A stretch of 64,000 bases of DNA from Thermoanaerobaculia bacterium (GTDB taxonomy: Bacteria > Acidobacteriota > Thermoanaerobaculia > UBA5066 > Gp7-AA6), in the NCBI GenBank assembly GCA_036493875.1, contig DASXPB010000013.1, positions 4,377-68,376 of the forward strand, written 5' to 3'. A program made the translations under genes and the position numbers. Below are positions 60,101 through 64,000 of the stretch, in pieces (position 1 is the stretch's first letter; the number at the start of each line of letters is the position of its first letter). The notes under the pieces were generated by a model. The model was given only the letters and a program-made list of their open reading frames with translations, was not told the origin of the DNA and did no database searches.

Positions 60101-60246
60101 CGCCCGACGCCGAGGCCGCCCTCGCTCAGCGTCGCGAGGAGACCGCGGCCGGGCTCGCCCACTGGCGAGGCTTTCTGGAAAAGGAACTCCCCGCCGTCAA
60201 CTCCGCGCTTCGCGCGGCCGGGATGCCGGTCCTGGCGAAGAACTGA
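57115..60246 (+). CDS. secreted Sortilin/VPS10-like BNR-repeat protein (glycosyl-hydrolase-like beta-propellers)
   Basis: RR-containing signal (TRWRRTVRGVGAAFLFAAVAAA). Repeated S/TxDGGxTW motifs (STDGGETW, STDGGATW, SADGGDTW, STDGGKTF, TRDGGRSW). GTG 57115 (alternative ATG 57070). Confidence 0.75.
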   Translation: MTRWRRTVRGVGAAFLFAAVAAALPGQAYDSELLSSLRWRMIGPFRGGRVLTAAGVPGEPDRFYFGAVGGGVWRSDNAGRTWRPIFDGQPIASIGAIAVAPSNPSILYVGSGEADMRSDISYGNGMYKSTDGGETWRRIGLEDTRQIGKVVVDPKDPNRVFVAALGHAYGPNAQRGVFRSTDGGATWSRVLFHDENTGAIDFAVDPRDSRTLLAALWQTRRPPWNVYPPSNGPGSGLYRSADGGDTWKPVVGTGLPSEKLGRIRLAFAPSRPGRVFALVDAKQGGLFVSEDGGLAWKRVSGDRRIWERGWYFAGVTVDPKNADVVYACDTAMYRSTDGGKTFLPFKGAPGGDDYHQLWIDSADSRRMILASDQGAAVSVDGGLTWSSWYNQPTAQFYHVATDAQFPYWIYGAQQDTGAAATPVRTDTIAMTQRDWRPIAAGGENGYIAPDPAHPEILFGGGVGRFDATTLQEQDVDPTLAHPGSYRGEWTLPLSFSPRNPSALYFGNQFVFRTTDAGRHWDRISPDLTREAPEVPATLDSVTAEDSAERDPRRGVVYAIAPSFLRDGMIWCGTDDGLLWLTRNDGAHWENVTPPALTAWSKVGVLEPSHFDPEAAYAAIDRHRLDDVDAHILRTRDGGRSWTEIAAGIPSGSYVNVVREDPDRRGLLYAGTETGVFVSFDDGDHWQSLQANLPNCSIRDISVRQGDVVLATHGRAFWVLDDASPLRQLDANVTAAPVWLFAPRKAIRLNPAPFQGTPDPKDEPRAENPPNGAVLDYVLKTASATPVSIEILDAKGGRVRRFSSDDPEEGPDLQKIQTTPDWSPVRRPPSAAAGAHRFVWDLQYETPKALVSRRRREAGSLWAAPGSYTVRLTTGGRTVQQPLVVARDPRISATDADLSRQLELALQIQAERVRVAEALRDADGIRRRVASLPLAADDAVRQALASFSRALEDAAGPPAESEEFFEENEASPTNLRRIAARLARYERTVESADAAPTPDAEAALAQRREETAAGLAHWRGFLEKELPAVNSALRAAGMPVLAKN

Positions 60247-60319
60247 GCCTCGGGACCGGAAAAGCGGGCGGGACCGGGCCGGGTCCCGCCCTTGCGAAGA
60301 GTAAAGAGCGAGGCCCGGC

Positions 60320-60625
60320 TCAGCGACCCGGGGCGGACTTCGCTTGCGCCGTGGCCTCCGGCATCGAGCACTGATACGCGGTTCCCGTACGCGCGCCATC
60401 GGCGGAGATCAGGAGCGTGTTGGCGCCCTTGTTCCGAACCGCCTCGGTGAGGTCGCGCTGGATGTCGTAGTCCGGTGTGAGGTCGTTCGCGTGGACCTCT
60501 CCCTTCGACTGGCACGACGCGACCGTGGCCGCGTTCTTCGTCACGGCCACGGCCTGAAATCCGCTCTGCGCGCACGCTGCCGTCAGCAGCACGAGAGAGG
60601 CTGTGGCCAAAAGTCCCATCGTCAT
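60320..60625 (-). CDS. small lipoprotein
   Basis: RBS. MTMGLLATASLVLLTAACAQ lipobox. Confidence 0.5.
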   Translation of the reverse strand: MTMGLLATASLVLLTAACAQSGFQAVAVTKNAATVASCQSKGEVHANDLTPDYDIQRDLTEAVRNKGANTLLISADGARTGTAYQCSMPEATAQAKSAPGR

Positions 60626-60920
60626 CGATCGTTTCACTTTGTCCCCCTTTGGTTTCGGTTGCGTTCCATTCCCTTCATCCAAGACGAACGCGGAGCGCGA
60701 AGGTTTCGTCTCCGCGCGGTCCAGATTCGCGAAGCGCGCTGGCACAGTCGGTGCAACTCTCGTTCCGGTGATGGCGGGCGCGCGCGTTGCAAGTCGCAAG
60801 CTTTCTCGCGTGTACCGTGGGTGTGATCATCGCCGCGCGGCGGCGACGCGTCGCCGATCGCCGATTTGCGAATCGGGATGCGGCACTCACCATCCGATCG
60901 TGCATCGATGGCAACGATGT

Positions 60921-61025
60921 GACGCGCGACTCGCGATGCGCGATGCGCGGCGCGCGACTCGCGAATCACGACGACGGTGGCGCGACTCCTCGCCGCTCGT
61001 CTCCGCGACTCGCGACTCGCGATGC
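60921..61025. repeat. cluster of five or more copies of the (c)gcgactcgcga motif (contains palindromic TCGCGA) plus a perfect 16-nt palindrome cggcgacgcgtcgccg at 60841-60856
   Basis: Direct inspection: gcgcgactcgcgatgcg, gcgcgactcgcgaatc, ccgcgactcgcgactcgcgatgc. Confidence 0.6.
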
Positions 61026-61134
61026 CGGCCCGTGAAGAGGCCCGGGTTTCGCCTGCACAACTCCGTGTGCAGACTGTCGTCGTGGCTCGCGGATTCCGCG
61101 ACGGAGCGCGCGAACGAGAGCCCTGCCGAAGCCC

Positions 61135-61164
61135 AAAAAAAAGACGCCCTCGGCTTTACGGCGT
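61135..61164 (-). terminator. candidate intrinsic terminator (minus strand): hairpin acgcc/ggcgt followed by U8
   Basis: A8 at 61135-61142 on the plus strand immediately 5' of an inverted repeat at 61144-61164. Confidence 0.35.
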
Positions 61165-61205
61165 GTTATAACGAGATGAAAATTCTGTTCGAGGTGGATC
61201 CGCAG

Positions 61206-61229
61206 AATGTGTCGCTACACATTTTTTTT
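61206..61229 (+). terminator. candidate intrinsic terminator (plus strand): aatgtgt-cgct-acacatt hairpin plus T8
   Basis: Perfect 7-bp inverted repeat followed by tttttttt. Confidence 0.4.
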
Positions 61230-61310
61230 CGAGATCAGGCGGGCGCGATGAAGCGCCCGCTTCTCGTTTCAGAGCCCAACCGGGCCAATACATTCGAACG
61301 GAGGACATGA

Positions 61311-61805
61311 ATGAAGCAGACGCGCTGGATCCGCGAATCGGTGGCGCGCAGGGGGAGGACCCTCGCGCGGATCGCCGGCCTCGTGTTTTATCTCTTTGCG
61401 GCTCAGGCGCTTCTCACCGCGGCGGTCGGGCTCGAGGTCTTCTTCGGGGGCGGCTCCGCCGCGGATCTCCTGCTCCCCGCGGCCTCCGTCGTGCTCGCGG
61501 GATGCTACGCCTTCGTCGGGTTCTTCCTGCGCCGCTACCGCGTCTGGGCCCGCAATTTCGCGTTCGCGTTCTCCGCCGTCATCCTTTTCGCGTTCCCCTA
61601 CGGCACCGCGCTCGGCGCCTTCGTCGTTCTGTGCGTCGTGCTGGCCAACCGGGCCGACGCGTTCGGAACGCGACCGGTCGCCGCAAGACCGGTGGGACCC
61701 GCTTCCGCCAGACCCGCGACGCTCATCCCGCTCGCCGGCGCCGCCGCCGACGGGACTCCGCATCCCGCCTTTGAGCTGGAGTTCGCCTCCGAACACGCGG
61801 GCTGA
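61311..61805 (+). CDS. hypothetical membrane protein (4 TM)
   Basis: ggagg RBS plus ATG. Hydrophobic helices (IAGLVFYLFAAQALLTAAVGL; AASVVLAGCYAFVGFFL; FAFAFSAVILFAFPYGTALGAFVVLCVVLA). Confidence 0.55.
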   Translation: MKQTRWIRESVARRGRTLARIAGLVFYLFAAQALLTAAVGLEVFFGGGSAADLLLPAASVVLAGCYAFVGFFLRRYRVWARNFAFAFSAVILFAFPYGTALGAFVVLCVVLANRADAFGTRPVAARPVGPASARPATLIPLAGAAADGTPHPAFELEFASEHAG

Positions 61806-62535
61806 GGCCGCTTCGGACTCCGCCCGGCGGGTCTTCCCGGCCACGGTTCCGATCCCGGGCGGCTCCCTGCCGGCCCCCGGTCTCGCGGAGATCGCCGGGC
61901 CGCGCCGGATCGATCCGTTCCGCCTGGGGCGGACCCCCGTCACCAACCTCGAGTTCGGCGCCTTCCTCGCGGCCGGCATCGTCGCGGCGCCCCCGTGGTG
62001 GGGCGATCCCCGATTCGCCGGCGACCGCAGACCCGTCGTCGGGGTGAGCTGGGACGACGCAACAGCCTTCTGTGCGTGGCTGAATGGAGGCGGGGAGCAC
62101 GCGGAGGAGGAACCGGCGCCCGGCCGCTGGCGATTGCCGAGCGACGCCGAATGGGAGTTCGCGATGCGGGGCGGACAGCTCGTGCCCGACCCGCGCACGC
62201 CGTGGGGGGACGCGGTGCCGGAAGGCGAGATCCCGCAGGGGCCGCTCGAGGGGCCCTGGGAGACGGGCCGGGGCACGCCCAACGGGTACGGGATCCTGGA
62301 CCCCGGGACCATGGTTCACGAGTGGTGCCTGAACTGGAGCCTGGACGCGTCCGGCGCCGCACCGCGACGCCGCGCGAGCAAGGGCGGATCCTGGCGTCAC
62401 GCGGTCCGCTGGTCCGCGCCCTCCGCCTCGAGCAGCCTGCCGCCCGAGTTTCGCTACTCGGACTATGGGTTCCGCGTGCTCTTCGAGCCCGACGGCTTCC
62501 GCGTTCTGCGCGAGATTCCCGCGCCGGCGCCGTAG
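61806..62535 (+). CDS. formylglycine-generating enzyme (SUMF1/EgtB/PvdO) family domain ORF with no canonical start codon
   Basis: FGE blocks: VPIPGGS…, VVGVSWDDATAFCAWL, WRLPSDAEWEFAMRGG, GTMVHEWCLNW, KGGSWRHA, FRYSDYGFRV. It begins immediately after the stop of the 61311 gene in the +1 frame. The first in-frame GTG is deep inside the domain. Confidence 0.55.
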
Positions 62536-62544
62536 ACCGGAGGC

Positions 62545-63195
62545 TCAGTCCGTGACGACCTGAAGCTGATTGTCGACGCCCATCACGCCGAAGACGCCGC
62601 GTGCGTCCATGCCGGCCTTGGTCTTGTCGACCTCGCTGTTGACCGTTCCGTAGAGGCCGACCTGTCCGCCCTTGACGACGATGTGGATCGCGTAGTTGCC
62701 GATGGGCTCGGATCCGGGGAAGTTGCCGAAGCCCGACCCCGGGCTTCCGAATCCCCGCAGGCCGCGCCCCCAGAAACGGCGGCCCCACCGTGCGCCGTCG
62801 ATGCCGGGGATCGGCGTTCCGTACTTCTGCAGGAAGTCGTCCGAATAGATCGCGCGGAAAACTTCTCGCCGGATCTTGTCGTCGCTGATAGAGACGGGCA
62901 GCACCTGGATGTCGTCGACGACGTTCGTGACGCCCTGGACGCGCCGGACCGCCGCCTCGGCTTCGTCCTTGTTCATCGCCTGGTAGACCCAACCATTCAG
63001 CGTCACCGTGGAGGCCTTCACGGTGAACCCGATGATGTCGTAGGGGCCGTAGTAGGGCAGCTGCTGGAGCCGGACGCGGACGTGATCGGTGATCTCGAGC
63101 TGCTGGAGCGGCGGCTGCTGCGCGTGCGCCGACGCGGCGGCCAGGACGCCGAGGACGAAAACGGAGAGAAGAGCGCCGAGGTTCCGGAGTCGCAT
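62545..63195 (-). CDS. secreted BON domain protein (two BON domains)
   Basis: aaggagg RBS, signal peptide. Two BON-like repeats (…AVRRVQGVTNVVDDIQV… and …ARGVFGVMGVDNQLQV…). Confidence 0.75.
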   Translation of the reverse strand: MRLRNLGALLSVFVLGVLAAASAHAQQPPLQQLEITDHVRVRLQQLPYYGPYDIIGFTVKASTVTLNGWVYQAMNKDEAEAAVRRVQGVTNVVDDIQVLPVSISDDKIRREVFRAIYSDDFLQKYGTPIPGIDGARWGRRFWGRGLRGFGSPGSGFGNFPGSEPIGNYAIHIVVKGGQVGLYGTVNSEVDKTKAGMDARGVFGVMGVDNQLQVVTD

Positions 63196-63301
63196 TCGCT
63201 GCCTCCTTTCGACCCTTCGACCGTTTCCACTGTATGCAAATCCGCGACCCGTCGTACAGTAGGGCGAGGCGCGATCCGGCAGCGCCGCCGAAGGAGGAGC
63301 C

Positions 63302-63637
63302 GTGCTCAACCGTGCCCTCACGACCACCGCCCTGGATCTGCCCGGCCACCGGATCACGCGCAACCTCGGCATCGTTCGAGGGATCGTGGTGCGCTCTCGG
63401 AGCATCGTCGGGACGGTCGGCGCCGGCATCCAGAGTCTCTTCGGCGGCAACATCACGCTCTGGTCGGAGATGTGCGAGCACGCGCGGCAGGAGGCGTTCG
63501 AGCTCATGTCCCGCCATGCCGAGCAGATGGGCGCGAACGCCATCATCGGATTCCGCTACGACGCGACCGAGGTGTCGGCGGGCGTCACGGAGGTGCTGGC
63601 CTACGGCACCGCGGTCATCGTCGAGATGGATCGCTGA
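63302..63637 (+). CDS. YbjQ family protein (UPF0145)
   Basis: aaggaggag RBS plus GTG. ...[65 protein letters not shown]... Confidence 0.85.
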   Translation: MLNRALTTTALDLPGHRITRNLGIVRGIVVRSRSIVGTVGAGIQSLFGGNITLWSEMCEHARQEAFELMSRHAEQMGANAIIGFRYDATEVSAGVTEVLAYGTAVIVEMDR

Positions 63638-63650
63638 GGCTGAGGAGAAG

Positions 63651-64000
63651 ATGAGCGGCGAGGGACCGACCCAGGGCATCGGGATCGTGATGCTGGGAGT
63701 GCGTGAGCTCGCACGCTCGATCGCGTTCTACCGCGACACGCTGGGACTGCCGCTCTCGTTCGCCTCGGACGAGTTCGCGTTCCTCCGCGCCGGCGGAATC
63801 ACCCTGGGTCTGCGCGAGGCGGCGGACCTGCTCGAGGCCCGAGAGGACGGGCGGACCGAGCTCGTCTTCGGCGTCGACGACGTGGACCGCGCCTATGCGC
63901 TCCTTCGGGAGCGGGGCGTCGCGTTCCGGATCGCGCCACGGGTCGTTACGGGCGACCAGCTCGCCGCGGACTTCCGCGACCCGGACGGGCACGTGCTCTC
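63651..64000 (+). CDS. VOC (glyoxalase/bleomycin-resistance) family protein, 3' end beyond the window
   Basis: gaggagaag RBS plus ATG 63651. ...GIGIVMLGVRELARSIAFYRDTLGL... No stop before the window end. Confidence 0.6.
   Translation, partial: MSGEGPTQGIGIVMLGVRELARSIAFYRDTLGLPLSFASDEFAFLRAGGITLGLREAADLLEAREDGRTELVFGVDDVDRAYALLRERGVAFRIAPRVVTGDQLAADFRDPDGHVL

Noticed and set aside
1-64000. CRISPR arrays, integrases, transposases, phage or toxin-antitoxin modules
   Set aside because: No regularly spaced direct repeats, no recombinase or transposase motifs, and no small paired ORFs with TA-like features. The region reads as core chromosome rather than a mobile or defence island.

Overview
This is a high-GC (~68-70%), gene-dense bacterial chromosomal segment with about 60 protein-coding genes on both strands. 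I saw no rRNA, tRNA or CRISPR. The gene content looks acidobacterial by inference: two orphan duplicated FtsX-type ABC permeases of the ADOP/MacB-like kind, a PadR regulator, BNR/Sortilin-like repeat proteins, S9 peptidases, TonB-C, DGPF/YCII proteins with an ECF sigma factor, DoxX, and many secreted hypotheticals. Recognisable functions are gamma-glutamyltransferase, beta-carbonic anhydrase, an RND efflux pair (adaptor plus AcrB-like pump, no outer-membrane factor), M3 peptidyl-dipeptidase, an ArfB ribosome-rescue factor, a metallophosphoesterase/GDPD pair, a MerR metal-type regulator, a Spy/CpxP-like chaperone, a MASE1 hybrid histidine kinase, OsmC, and an FGE-like domain. Long antisense ORFs in the six-frame track are treated as GC artefacts.

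The strongest findings are:
- An AhpD-like peroxidase-related gene that the ORF track split at an in-frame TGA sitting exactly at the second Cys of the CxxC redox motif (giving CxxU). A SECIS-like hairpin starts 11 nt downstream, so this is a candidate selenoprotein. It is ATGA-coupled to an amino-acid permease that has no canonical start codon.
- A 685-bp divergent intergenic region carrying CGACTCGCGA repeats, a perfect 16-nt palindrome and an AT-rich island bounded by terminator-like hairpins on both strands. This is a candidate sRNA or regulatory locus.
- An FGE-like ORF with no start codon directly abutting a membrane-protein gene, which suggests a frameshifted fusion.
- A DUF5335 gene with a strong internal in-frame RBS and ATG.
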